Under the pieces are notes generated by a model that saw only the letters and a list, made by a program, of their open reading frames with translations, was not told where the DNA came from and ran no database searches. Made by a program: the position numbers and the translations under genes. Of a stretch of DNA of 64,000 nucleotides, positions 31,310 to 40,954 are shown piece after piece. This DNA comes from Candidatus Micrarchaeota archaeon (GTDB lineage Archaea > B1Sed10-29 > B47-G15): positions 32,001 through 96,000 of the forward strand of contig QMVG01000002.1 in assembly GCA_003660975.1 (NCBI GenBank), written 5' to 3'. Numbering within the stretch: position 1 is the stretch's first letter; each line of letters begins with the position of its first letter.

Positions 31310-31476
31310 TGGACGATAAAGCGCAGATTAGCCTTGAAATGCTCTTGTTGGCAGCTGCGTTGATAGCTGTGGCTGTCTTGTTTCTGAGCGGTGTTAGGAC
31401 TTCTTCAAAGTCATTCCAATCAAAGATGACTGCCAACAGCAAGCAGGCCCTGTCAAAATTGGGGCAAATCAAATGA
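31309..31476 (+). CDS. 55-aa mini-pilin (not in ORF track)
   Basis: Hand translation MDDKA/QISLEMLLLAAALIAVAVLFLSGVRTSSKSFQSKMTANSKQALSKLGQIK; TAATG and ATGA overlaps with neighbours. Confidence 0.87.
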   Translation: MDDKAQISLEMLLLAAALIAVAVLFLSGVRTSSKSFQSKMTANSKQALSKLGQIK

Positions 31477-31871
31477 GGGGTCAGCTGAGCCTTGAAATGT
31501 TATTGCTGATGTCTGCAATGATGGGAGCGTTAGCAGTTATCCTGCCTTTATATAACTCACTATTTTCTGCTTCCAACACCGTTCTTGAAAAACAAGGGGC
31601 TCTGGAAATGGCAAGGAGCTTTAAACATTTATGCTCAATGCTTGATGTTATGGGGAAGGAGTCCTCGGCTAACTTTCTTTTTAATTCTCCATGCGATTAT
31701 GAGATTAGGAAAAAAGAGAATTCAGCAGAAATCAGCTTTGGAGAAGGAAGTATCAGCTTTGAGCTGGAGGAAAACTGTGAGCTGCCAACCATGGTTGGAA
31801 GGGGCAAGCACAATTTTTTTGTTAAGAAAGAGGGGAGCAAGGTTATTGTTTATGACAGACAAGCAGGTTAA
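31473..31871 (+). CDS. Minor pilin-like protein
   Basis: MRG/QLSLEMLLLMSAMM. Confidence 0.82.
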   Translation: MRGQLSLEMLLLMSAMMGALAVILPLYNSLFSASNTVLEKQGALEMARSFKHLCSMLDVMGKESSANFLFNSPCDYEIRKKENSAEISFGEGSISFELEENCELPTMVGRGKHNFFVKKEGSKVIVYDRQAG

Positions 31872-32148
31872 AGCTCCCATCAATCTTTTTTCTTGAGAAG
31901 CTGATGCCTGTCTCGCAGTCCTCATCAAATGCCACAGAGACACCAACATGATTCATCAGCTTTTTTACGCAGCTTTTGCTTAACTCAGCTTTGAGGTTGC
32001 AGACCTCTATCGCATCTTGCGTCATTTGGAACAAGATTTCATTGTTTAGGTCAGGGAGTGGCTGCCTTGACATAATCATAACAGACAATATGACCATAAC
32101 TAAGAAAAATGCCAGCAAAGCGTCTGTTGTGAACAGAAAAGCTTTCAT
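31843..32148 (-). CDS. Minor pilin-like protein (Asp-type)
   Basis: MKA/FLFTTDALLAFFLV; ATGA overlap with the upstream gene. Confidence 0.78.
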   Translation of the reverse strand: MKAFLFTTDALLAFFLVMVILSVMIMSRQPLPDLNNEILFQMTQDAIEVCNLKAELSKSCVKKLMNHVGVSVAFDEDCETGISFSRKKIDGSFNLLVCHKQ

Positions 32149-32591
32149 TCGCATTTGCCCCACAGCTCCACTACACATTCTTTATTTCCACATAGCGCGA
32201 ACCTTCTTAGCGCCAGCCCCTCCTTTTTTCCAGCTGAGAAAAGCTCACGCCCATTTATCTCATAAATAAACAGACCCCAATGCCTCGGCAGTGCCAGTTC
32301 CCTGCCCAAATCGTCATGTTTTTTAAGCATTTCAATGCTTTTTTTGGATAACTGGTGGTGTTTTACGTTATTGGCCATTTTTACAGCAAGACCTATGCCA
32401 TTGTCCTCAGATGATGTGGAGATTAGCAGCTCTGAGGCATCTATCAGCGCCCTCTGGCTTTCGAAACAATTATATGATTGTTTTATAGATGCATATCTTT
32501 GCGTAATGAATATTTGGAATAGAGAAATGGACAGGATTAAGACAAAGAAAGCAATTAACACATCACTTAGGAATATCTGGGCCTTTCGCAT
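32145..32591 (-). CDS. Minor pilin-like protein (Asp-type)
   Basis: MRKA/QIFLSDVLIAFFV. Confidence 0.8.
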   Translation of the reverse strand: MRKAQIFLSDVLIAFFVLILSISLFQIFITQRYASIKQSYNCFESQRALIDASELLISTSSEDNGIGLAVKMANNVKHHQLSKKSIEMLKKHDDLGRELALPRHWGLFIYEINGRELFSAGKKEGLALRRFALCGNKECVVELWGKCE

Positions 32592-32860
32592 CCTAACACC
32601 TTTTTTGATAGCATGTCTTTCCCCAACTTTAGATATATCTTATCACCTTGCTTGCCAGCGTAGGCAAAATGAAAATCGCTGTCAAATAAGAGCCTATTGC
32701 AGGCAGAGGCGTAGTAGCTCAACTCTGCCTCTTTTTTAAGCTTTGACAGGCCTGAAGCCAGCATAGTGTTGCTTTTCTCAGCTGTGAATATTATCATTGA
32801 GATAACGCTCGCTATTAATGCCACAGAAATTATAAACTCAAGGCTAAGCTGCCCTTTCAA
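32567..32860 (-). CDS. Minor pilin-like protein
   Basis: MKG/QLSLEFIISVAL (TTG start, purine-rich SD). Confidence 0.8.
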   Translation of the reverse strand: MKGQLSLEFIISVALIASVISMIIFTAEKSNTMLASGLSKLKKEAELSYYASACNRLLFDSDFHFAYAGKQGDKIYLKLGKDMLSKKVLGCERPRYS

Positions 32861-33446
32861 GCACTTCCCCTCCCCTTATGATTAGGTGAACCGTTTTACC
32901 TCCTATCTTCTTCTCAGCAACAAAGGCTGGTTCAGGCATCTTCATTTCGGATTTTAGCCTGCTGGCCACTTCATTGAGAATTCCCCTGACCTCTTTTATT
33001 GACTTTAAGTATGCAGGGCAAGCAGTGATATCCAAGAGAGGCGGACACTTTTCGCTGATTTCAACATTGTTGTTGTTAAAACCTATGAAGAGCATGCACT
33101 GGGCATAACTCATTTTTTCGAAAGGCGGGACAAAGAAAAGGATATTAGCGCCATCAGTATACGCTATGCCTGTTTTTGCATCCAGACCAGAAGCCCACTC
33201 GTATATTTCATGACACAGCCGGACATCATCAATATACACATCACCAGTTCTCATTTCAAACGCTTCTTCAGCAATATCAAAAAAAGCGTCTTCTATTTCA
33301 TACCTAAACTCATCAAAGGCCAGCCTTTCGTTTATGTTTTCCTTTACCTGCCACATCGCCTCACTGATTCCTTCTTCCTGCTCTAAATAGAGCAGCACAA
33401 ATGGGCTTATTACAATAAGCAGTGATATGCTTAGGAAGGCTCTCAT
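32844..33446 (-). CDS. Pilin-like protein with degenerate class III signal
   Basis: MRA/FLSISLLIVISPFVLL; first gene of the minus-strand pilin run. Confidence 0.6.
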   Translation of the reverse strand: MRAFLSISLLIVISPFVLLYLEQEEGISEAMWQVKENINERLAFDEFRYEIEDAFFDIAEEAFEMRTGDVYIDDVRLCHEIYEWASGLDAKTGIAYTDGANILFFVPPFEKMSYAQCMLFIGFNNNNVEISEKCPPLLDITACPAYLKSIKEVRGILNEVASRLKSEMKMPEPAFVAEKKIGGKTVHLIIRGGEVLERAA

Positions 33447-33549
33447 CTCTCTTAATCCTGTCCTGTCCTCATTTATCTGTTTTGCTACCTTTAACAGTTA
33501 AACTAAGTTAATCGTTATTTTAAAATACCTATAACGTCCAAAAATACAC

Positions 33550-34197
33550 ATGGCAATTTTTAAGAAGAGCAAGTTAGCTACGAAGGACATACAGTCTCTT
33601 GTTCTTGAAATGATTACAAAGGCAAAGCCAAAGGAAGAGGTAATTCAGACGCTGACAGCATCAGGTCTGTCTGGTGAAGAAGCCGAAATGATTTATGAAT
33701 CTGCCAAAAAAGAGTACGAAAAGCTGCTGAAGTCAGAGATAGGCAAAGCAATACAAAAAGCGGCTGATGAAAGAAAGCAGGAGATTATAAGGCAATTGGA
33801 GGAAGAGATGGCAGCAATGGAAAAAGAGCTTAAAACACACCTGGACCTTGAAGCTATGAAGGAGAAACAGGAGCTCAACAAAAAACTTGAACATGTGGAT
33901 GCAGAGGTTGGTGCCTTAAAGTCAGAGCTTTTTTCAGTCAAGATGGATACAAAGAAAAAAATCAGTGAATTGGAAAGTGAAGTAGAGACAGTGCGCCTGA
34001 AAGGCTTTATAAAAATCCTGCTTTCCATTGTTACTATCTTAGCATCCATTGTTATGGCCCTCTTCTCAGTCACTAATATATATAAGGTTTTAGCCAATAT
34101 GGAAGGAGATGTTCTACTGCCAATCGTGCTTTATTTGGTTGTTTTCATAGGCGCAGTTATGTTTACTTGGCTTGGGGTTAAGGTCTACAGAGCATAG
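33550..34197 (+). CDS. Coiled-coil protein with two C-terminal TM helices
   Basis: Long E/K-rich heptad region followed by two hydrophobic segments. Confidence 0.75.
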   Translation: MAIFKKSKLATKDIQSLVLEMITKAKPKEEVIQTLTASGLSGEEAEMIYESAKKEYEKLLKSEIGKAIQKAADERKQEIIRQLEEEMAAMEKELKTHLDLEAMKEKQELNKKLEHVDAEVGALKSELFSVKMDTKKKISELESEVETVRLKGFIKILLSIVTILASIVMALFSVTNIYKVLANMEGDVLLPIVLYLVVFIGAVMFTWLGVKVYRA

Positions 34198-34205
34198 GAG
34201 ATTTT

Positions 34206-34919
34206 ATGGCAGCAAAAGACGATATTTTATTTGAAGAGCTAGTCCAAAAGAAGAATAACTTAAGAAAAAAGCTTAGAGACATCAAAAAGAAAGTAGTTGA
34301 CTTAAAGAAAAAGAGAGATGAGAAGAACAAGACAGTAGCGGAGAACAAAGAGAAAAGGAAGAAAGCGACAGCTAAAATAATAGCAATAAAAGCAGAGCTA
34401 GATGTCTTGAACAAAAAAATGAAGGACGCTCCTGAAAAAGCGTATGCTCTGCTTAAAAAGGAATATGACAGGCTTAATTGGAGATATCAAACAGAGGTAT
34501 TTAGCAGGAAGAGAGAGGAAGCCATTGTAAAGAGATTGGACGAATTAGAGCTTGAGATGGAGAGGGCTAGGGAATATGAGGAGCTAAGGAGGAGGTACAA
34601 AAAACTCATTAGGCAAATGAAAGCTCTGAAAGAGGATGCAAAGACATACCATGAAATAGTGATTCAGAACGCTGCTGAGAGCGAGGCTTACCACAGAGAG
34701 CTTGTTAAGTTATATGACTGCATGGACGAGCTGAAGAAGGAGCTTTCTTCTGTTGAAAAGCAATTGAAAGAGGAGTTTCCAGAAGCAAAAAGCATTGTGA
34801 GGAAAAGCCAGAAAAGGGAGATGAAGCAGAAGGCGACTCAAATACTTGAAGAGTTCAAAAAAGGCAAGAAAAAAATAACCACAGAGGATTTGGCCGTGCT
34901 CCAGCAACATTTGGTCTAA
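34206..34919 (+). CDS. Archaeal coiled-coil protein (COG1340-like)
   Basis: WRYQTEVFSRKREEAIV, AESEAYH, FKKGKKKITTEDL. Confidence 0.75.
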   Translation: MAAKDDILFEELVQKKNNLRKKLRDIKKKVVDLKKKRDEKNKTVAENKEKRKKATAKIIAIKAELDVLNKKMKDAPEKAYALLKKEYDRLNWRYQTEVFSRKREEAIVKRLDELELEMERAREYEELRRRYKKLIRQMKALKEDAKTYHEIVIQNAAESEAYHRELVKLYDCMDELKKELSSVEKQLKEEFPEAKSIVRKSQKREMKQKATQILEEFKKGKKKITTEDLAVLQQHLV

Positions 34920-34970
34920 TTCAGGCAAAGCTTTTTAATCTATTCTGCTTTTTATTATCTTGGTGTAGCT

Positions 34971-35237
34971 ATGCCAGAGGACAAACCTTCTGATGAGGAA
35001 ATGGCCTTTAAGTTGGTCAGCTTGTATGTCAGTGAAATTTCAAGGAAGGGAGAAAAAAGACAGATGGGTTTGGACACCATAATAAACGCTTACTTTTACA
35101 CTCTCCTGCGGTTGAAGAAGAAAAGAAAGGAGATGGAATATATAGAACCAGCTGTTAAGAGGGAAGAGGAGGAATTGGCGAGCTCATTGGACGAACTTCC
35201 GATACCACAAATGGACGACCAGTTTAATTTTGACTAA
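34971..35237 (+). CDS. Hypothetical protein (88 aa)
   Basis: Own TATA-like box and GGTG SD; helical core KRQMGLDTIINAYFYTL; acidic tail. Confidence 0.7.
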   Translation: MPEDKPSDEEMAFKLVSLYVSEISRKGEKRQMGLDTIINAYFYTLLRLKKKRKEMEYIEPAVKREEEELASSLDELPIPQMDDQFNFD

Positions 35238-36382
35238 TGCCTTGTGAGTATCTGTATCACATCTCCGTCTGAGAGGCGATGCTCCCTTCCTATCTTCATC
35301 TTTTTCTTGCAGTCAAAGGCAGCTATGAACTTTTCCCCTATATCTGAATGTATCTTATAAGCGAGGTCTATGGCAGTGCTGCCTCTTTCCATTAGGTAAG
35401 CATCAGGAAGCACATTGCCTTTTTTGTCTGAAAAGTGATTTCTATCTTCCACAGGGTATACAACAATGTAGCCCAGGCTTTCAAAAACTACCTTATTTAA
35501 GACCTGTTGCACTCCGGTGCTACCGTAAACATCCAATATCTTTTCCTTTATGAATTCAAGCGCTTTTTTCTGTTTTCCAGATACTTCTTTCAGGTATTCA
35601 AAGCCAGAAGCTCCTGGCACATATCTTATTAATCCATCTGCATTGGCCCTTCTCAAAGCAAGCTCTGCCTCAGCGCAGACAGGTATTATATCATACTTTT
35701 TCTTTAGCCGTTTAAAGTTTTCCTGTGCAGATGGCAAATCTATTTTATTGCCTGCAAGCACAATGGGCTTATTTTTTTCTCTTATCCTTCTGGCAAGCTC
35801 ATATAAGCCTTCATAACCTTCTTCCACAATTTCCCTGATAAGCTCTTCTTTCATGCCCAATCCTGAGAGCTGTTTGTACAACAGCTCATATAGCTTAAAA
35901 CCCATTTTGCTCTTTCTCTCAATTTCCTTCCACTTCTTCTCAAGCATGCCCTCTATCCAAAAGTCAATTTCTTTCTCCAAAAATTCAATGTCTTTTTCAG
36001 GGTCATATCCCTCACAAGCCTCTCCCTTTTCATTGGTCATTCCAGACAAATCAAGCACATGTATCAGAGCACTGGCTTCCATCAGGTCAGAGAGAAATTG
36101 ATTTCCAAGCCCTTTGCCCAAATGCGCGTCAGGAACCAGACCAGCCACATCAACGAGAGTAATTGGAATAAAGCGCATCCCATTCTCACATTTGCCATTT
36201 TTCGGCTTGCATTTTACATTGAGCTCTCTATCCACACAGGGTTTTGAAACATACGACACGCCCACATTTGGTTTTATCGTAGTAAAAGGATACGCTGCCC
36301 TTGGCACATCTACCAGCGTAGCTGCTGAGAAAAAAGTACTTTTTCCCGAAGAGGGCTTGCCAACTATGCCTACTTTAAGCAT
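35234..36382 (-). CDS. Obg/YchF-family NTPase with TGS domain (archaeal/Ygr210-type)
   Basis: GKPSSGKST, YPFTTI, DVAGLVP, GLGNQFL, NKID, TGS domain. Confidence 0.92.
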   Translation of the reverse strand: MLKVGIVGKPSSGKSTFFSAATLVDVPRAAYPFTTIKPNVGVSYVSKPCVDRELNVKCKPKNGKCENGMRFIPITLVDVAGLVPDAHLGKGLGNQFLSDLMEASALIHVLDLSGMTNEKGEACEGYDPEKDIEFLEKEIDFWIEGMLEKKWKEIERKSKMGFKLYELLYKQLSGLGMKEELIREIVEEGYEGLYELARRIREKNKPIVLAGNKIDLPSAQENFKRLKKKYDIIPVCAEAELALRRANADGLIRYVPGASGFEYLKEVSGKQKKALEFIKEKILDVYGSTGVQQVLNKVVFESLGYIVVYPVEDRNHFSDKKGNVLPDAYLMERGSTAIDLAYKIHSDIGEKFIAAFDCKKKMKIGREHRLSDGDVIQILTRH

Positions 36383-36452
36383 GAAAATCTTCTGTTTTTT
36401 TCCTTATTAAAGCCTAACTAATTATAAAAAATAAGCGCCATAATATCTGCTA

Positions 36453-37712
36453 ATGTGGGTAGAAAAGTACAGGCCTAAGAACCTAGATGATGTGATAGGT
36501 TATCCTTCTGTAGTGGAAAAGCTCAGAATATGGGCAGACAACTGGGAAAAGGGCAGGCCCCAAAAAGCTCTTTTGTTCTCAGGCAGGCCAGGCATAGGAA
36601 AGACAGCAATAGCACTAGCCCTGGCATCCGAATATAACTGGGAAGTGCTTGAGATGAATGCTTCTGATATAAGGGATAAGAAAAGTATAGAAAGGATTGC
36701 TGGTCTTGCCTCTGTTTCAAGAACCTTTTCAGGCAATTTGAGGCTGCTTCTTTTTGACGAGATTGACGGTCTCTATGCTGCTGACAGGGGAGGAGCCTCT
36801 GCTGTGCTTAACATAATAAAGACAGCGAAGTGCCCTGTTATTTTAACAGCGAACAATGCATGGGACAGGAAGATTGCTAATTTGAGACCTGCTGTTGAGA
36901 TTATAAGTTTCAAAAAAATCCACCACAGTTCTATAAAAAAGCTGCTCCAAAAGATAGTTAAAAAAGAAGGCCTTAACATACCAGACACGGTTATTTCATT
37001 TATTGCAGAAAATGCAGAAGGGGACGTGCGCTCTGCAATAAATGACTTGGAGAGCATTGCATTCTCAAAGCACTTTGACAAGGAAGTTCTTGAGAGCATC
37101 GCGAAGAGAAACAGGCAAGAGGACATATTCAATGCTATGAAAAAAATCCTGAAAGAAAAGAACTACTTTGAGAGCATATCAGTTGTTGATGAGCTTTCTG
37201 AAGACCCCTCCATGCTCATGGCGTGGATAGAGGAAAACATTCCAGCAGAGTACAAGAGAGCAGAAGACCTGTTTAGAGCTTTTGATATACTCTCTCGTGC
37301 AGACCTCTTTTTTGGGAGGACATTGAGCAGGCAGGATTACTCTTTATGGAGGTATGCAATTACACTTATGACAGCTGGCGTTAGCTATGCAAAAAAAGAA
37401 AAATACCCTGGCTTTACCAGATACAATTTCCCAAAGAAGATCTCTTATTTGTCAGCCAGTAAAAAGCAGAGGAACATCCTAAAAAGCATTGCCCTGAAAG
37501 TAGCTAAGCGCTGCCACCTGTCATCAAAAAAGGTTATTTTAGAATACATGCCTCTGATAAAAGTTCTAGCAAAAAAAGAGGCAGTAAAGGTGGCTGCCCA
37601 GTTTGAGCTTTCAGATGAAGAGTTGAGTTATCTCGGTGTTAAAGACAGCAAAAAAGTTGTTAAGGAAGCAAATGCATTAAGGGAGGAATATATTAAAAAA
37701 CTAGTCGCCTAG
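36453..37712 (+). CDS. rfcL: Replication factor C large subunit
   Basis: WVEKYRP, GRPGIGKT, EMNASD, DEIDG, WIEENIP. Confidence 0.95.
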   Translation: MWVEKYRPKNLDDVIGYPSVVEKLRIWADNWEKGRPQKALLFSGRPGIGKTAIALALASEYNWEVLEMNASDIRDKKSIERIAGLASVSRTFSGNLRLLLFDEIDGLYAADRGGASAVLNIIKTAKCPVILTANNAWDRKIANLRPAVEIISFKKIHHSSIKKLLQKIVKKEGLNIPDTVISFIAENAEGDVRSAINDLESIAFSKHFDKEVLESIAKRNRQEDIFNAMKKILKEKNYFESISVVDELSEDPSMLMAWIEENIPAEYKRAEDLFRAFDILSRADLFFGRTLSRQDYSLWRYAITLMTAGVSYAKKEKYPGFTRYNFPKKISYLSASKKQRNILKSIALKVAKRCHLSSKKVILEYMPLIKVLAKKEAVKVAAQFELSDEELSYLGVKDSKKVVKEANALREEYIKKLVA

Positions 37713-39335
37713 TGGCTTTATATCTATTTCCAACGCAGACACTGGAAGCTCTATGTCAAAGTTGTTTAGCACAAGCGGATGAATCTCTCCCATGACACCT
37801 ATTTTCTTTCCATCCAGAAGGATGGCAGCGCACCTTCCTCCTATGAAAGCAGGGTCTTTTTCTTCAACCACGTCTATCTTTTTTCCACACTCTCTTGCTA
37901 CTGCCTCTGCCACTGCTTTTATTGATGAGAAATCAGCATTTTTGTGGCACAGGGCAACTGCAAGATGCAATTCCTCTCTTGCCTTGTTTTCGCTTTTCTC
38001 ATCTGGGAAAACAACACGGCCTATCTCAAAAATGTTCTGTGGGTATTCATAATGCTTGTTTTCCGAAAGCACTTTCATAAGCCCTGGCAGCAGAGAGTTC
38101 CTGATAATATTGTAGTTTTCGTTCTTGGCATTGGCCAATTCAATATATTTTTCTGCTTTTCTGTTCATCTTTTTGAACTCTTCGTCTACATTTGTTAGGT
38201 GGTAATTGTAACACTCTAAGAAGGAAAAGCCAACACAGACCTCTGCAATCTTTCTGGCTAATATCTCTTCATAGCTTTCTTCCCCCATTGTGTAAACATT
38301 TGGGATTTCTTCTTTAAAGTTGTCATATCCATAAGCAATTGAAATGTCATTTATGAGGTCAACAGGATGCAATATGTCTGTTCTATATGCAGGATAAAGG
38401 ACCTCCAAAACATCGCCCTTTACTCTTGCCTCATGCCCCATCATTGCCAGCAGTTTTGCCATTTCACTGCCAGAAAGCTTTAGACCAAGCCTCCTGTTCG
38501 CGTCAGCTATATCAACCTCCATGCTCAGTGGCTCTAGTTTAGGATAAGAAATTTCGTTAACCTTAACCTCATATATCTCTCCACCCATATCAGCCAACTG
38601 TGCAACAACAATATTTAATGTCTGCTCCACCGTTTGCTTATGCGTGCCAGTTACATCAATGAAAACATTTTTTGTTTTTTCTGTCACAGCTGTTTCTGCG
38701 CTGTTTATTATTGGTGGTAATGACAAAACCTGTTTCTTGCTGTCTATCCATATAGGGTATTTTGGACCAGCTAGCAGGTGCCCGTATGCTTTTCCTTTGG
38801 GGTGCTCTTCAAGAATTTGCTTAACAGTCATCTCATTATCATAACCCAGGGGCCTAAACTTGAAGCTGCTGTCAACAGCCTTATATGTCAGCGGAAAAGT
38901 TATTGTGTCAAGGTCATACAGGCCTATGCTGGCTTTCTTCCTGTTTCTGCACTGGGTTGTATGCAACTTCTCTTGCATCTGCATTAAGCTTTTGACAGTA
39001 TAGTCATCAACCTCTATGCCTTTTACTACTGCATTGGCCACGAACGGTCTTATCTTAACAGCGTCTTTCTCTAATATTGACTTATAATCTGATTTTTTTA
39101 CTGCGTACCTTCTCAGCCCTGTTCTTATGCCCAAAAAAGATGAAAGCGCTCTGGCAAAGCCTTCCTCTGAAAGCATGTCAGGTCTGTTTGGAAATATCTC
39201 AACGTCTATCTCTGCGTCAGTCACGGCGCTGAGGTCTGTTCCTAACATAGGTATTTTCTCTATAAGCTCCTTATCACTAATTTCTTTTCCAAGGTAGTCA
39301 AGCACCTTTCTTTTGTTTAATATTATGTTCGGCAT
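37701..39335 (-). CDS. pheT: Phenylalanine--tRNA ligase beta subunit
   Basis: NRPDMLS, QEKLH, RNRKKASIG, RTDILHPVD, GEIHP. Confidence 0.96.
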   Translation of the reverse strand: MPNIILNKRKVLDYLGKEISDKELIEKIPMLGTDLSAVTDAEIDVEIFPNRPDMLSEEGFARALSSFLGIRTGLRRYAVKKSDYKSILEKDAVKIRPFVANAVVKGIEVDDYTVKSLMQMQEKLHTTQCRNRKKASIGLYDLDTITFPLTYKAVDSSFKFRPLGYDNEMTVKQILEEHPKGKAYGHLLAGPKYPIWIDSKKQVLSLPPIINSAETAVTEKTKNVFIDVTGTHKQTVEQTLNIVVAQLADMGGEIYEVKVNEISYPKLEPLSMEVDIADANRRLGLKLSGSEMAKLLAMMGHEARVKGDVLEVLYPAYRTDILHPVDLINDISIAYGYDNFKEEIPNVYTMGEESYEEILARKIAEVCVGFSFLECYNYHLTNVDEEFKKMNRKAEKYIELANAKNENYNIIRNSLLPGLMKVLSENKHYEYPQNIFEIGRVVFPDEKSENKAREELHLAVALCHKNADFSSIKAVAEAVARECGKKIDVVEEKDPAFIGGRCAAILLDGKKIGVMGEIHPLVLNNFDIELPVSALEIDIKPLGD

Positions 39336-39339
39336 GAAA

Positions 39340-40815
39340 TCAACCCATCAACCACTTTTTGCTTTGCCTCAATTTTTGGATGTCGTTTTTGTAAAGCTCT
39401 CTCAAGTCGTTTATCTTGTAGTAATCCATCATTATTCTGTCAAGACCAGGCCCCCACGCAAGCACAGGAATATCCTCTCCCAATAGAGGCACAACCACTT
39501 CTGGCCTAAATATGCCTGCTCCTCCAAGCTCTATCCATTGTTTCTGAGCAGGGTGGAATATCTCCATCTCTGTGCTGAAATATGTATAAGGGAAATAAGC
39601 AGGCCTAAATCTGGCTTTAAGCTTCATTTTTTTGAAGAACTGCTTCAGGTAGCCTAAAAGGTGTCTAAAATTGGCATTCTTATCAACAACTATACCCTCA
39701 AATTGGTTGAACTCAAAGCTGTGACTCCAATCAACTGTTTCATTCCTAAAGCACCTACCTATGGCAAAGTACTTTGCAGGCAGGTCTTTTTTTATGTCCA
39801 GAGACGCAAGTGTTATAGCACTTAGACAGGTAGTGTGTGTTCTCATGACAAGTTTTTTAGCTTCATCTGCACTCCATTTGTAATTCCACCCTTTTGAGCC
39901 ATGTCCCCCTTCTTCGTGCATTCTTTTGACTCTCTCAACAAGCTCTTTTTTTGGAAGCTCTCCTTTTCCCTTTACATAAAAGGTATCCTGCATTTCCCTT
40001 ACTGGATGGTCTTGAGCAGTGAAGAGAGCGTCAAAATTCCAAAAAGCAGTCTGTATTAATGAACCAGTCATTTCCTTGAAGCCCATTTCAAGCCATATCT
40101 TTCTGGCATAGTCTTCTGCCTGCCTTACAAAATGCCTCTTTCCAGGATATATGCTTCCTGCCTCTGCTTTAACATCATATTTTCTGAATACTAAGTTTTT
40201 CCATTTTCCTGTTTTTATCATTTCAGTGTTCAACTGTGATACTTCTTCTCTTGTTCCTTTTTTTAGCACAGACAGACCCGCGTTCGTTATCTTAGCGAAA
40301 AGCTTTTTCCTTTTCTTTAACTCAATCAAAGAGGCCCTTTTTTCCAGCTCTTTTAACGCTTTTATCTTGTCTTTGGGAATTTTTCCCTTGCTGATTAAAA
40401 ACAGCATCTCCTCATGAGGCAGGCTTTTTTTCAAGAATTGCCTGCCTGTTGCTGTAATTTTTATTTTTCCAGAGGAGATTGTTGCAAGGTTCAGTTTTCT
40501 AGCCCATGTAAGAGCTATCTGAATTTCGTTTCCCAGCTCTTTTCTGGCCTGCTTTAAGCTGATCTCCTTTTCTTTTATAAGATTTAAAAGCCTCCTCTCA
40601 GGAAAGCCTTTTTTTATATATTCTCTTGCTTCATCTGACAATTTTATTTCAGTGAGCTCTTTTTCTTCAATGTCAACAAACTTTTTCTCAGCCAACATGG
40701 ATATAGCATAGCTTACAGAAGCTTCAGGCAGTTTTGTTATCTTGCTCAATTCACATAATTCTCTTTTCTTTCCATCTTTTAGAGCATTCAAAACTTTTAT
40801 TTCGTGCTTGTGCAT
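39340..40815 (-). CDS. pheS: Phenylalanine--tRNA ligase alpha subunit
   Basis: WNFDALF..QDHPVREMQDTF, RTHTT, FRNE, YFPYT, ELGGAGIFRPE. Confidence 0.97.
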   Translation of the reverse strand: MHKHEIKVLNALKDGKKRELCELSKITKLPEASVSYAISMLAEKKFVDIEEKELTEIKLSDEAREYIKKGFPERRLLNLIKEKEISLKQARKELGNEIQIALTWARKLNLATISSGKIKITATGRQFLKKSLPHEEMLFLISKGKIPKDKIKALKELEKRASLIELKKRKKLFAKITNAGLSVLKKGTREEVSQLNTEMIKTGKWKNLVFRKYDVKAEAGSIYPGKRHFVRQAEDYARKIWLEMGFKEMTGSLIQTAFWNFDALFTAQDHPVREMQDTFYVKGKGELPKKELVERVKRMHEEGGHGSKGWNYKWSADEAKKLVMRTHTTCLSAITLASLDIKKDLPAKYFAIGRCFRNETVDWSHSFEFNQFEGIVVDKNANFRHLLGYLKQFFKKMKLKARFRPAYFPYTYFSTEMEIFHPAQKQWIELGGAGIFRPEVVVPLLGEDIPVLAWGPGLDRIMMDYYKINDLRELYKNDIQKLRQSKKWLMG

Positions 40816-40835
40816 ACTCTTACCCTTTTTATGAA

Positions 40836-40909
40836 TGGGGTGGGCCGGATTTGAACCAGCGACACCCAGGTCTTCAGCCTGGTGCTCTCCCGGTCTGAGC
40901 TACCACCCC
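40836..40909 (-). tRNA. tRNA-Phe(GAA), intronless, CCA not encoded
   Basis: GGGGTGG TA GCTC AGACCGGGA GAGC A CCAGG CTGAAGA CCTGG GTGTC GCTGG TTCAAAT CCGGC CCACCCC A: full cloverleaf. Confidence 0.97.
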
Positions 40910-40954
40910 TCGAAGAGTTAACGAAGCACTTCTTTATTAATTATAGCTTTTAAA

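Noticed and set aside
31066-31472. Two minus-strand ORFs in the track (73 and 88 aa)
   Set aside because: Antisense shadows of the two plus-strand mini-pilins, which have clear class III signals
31843-33549. Minus-strand pilin block as an invertible phase-variation segment
   Set aside because: No flanking inverted repeats or recombinase seen; the convergent 3' ends overlap by 29 nt, suggesting a stable arrangement
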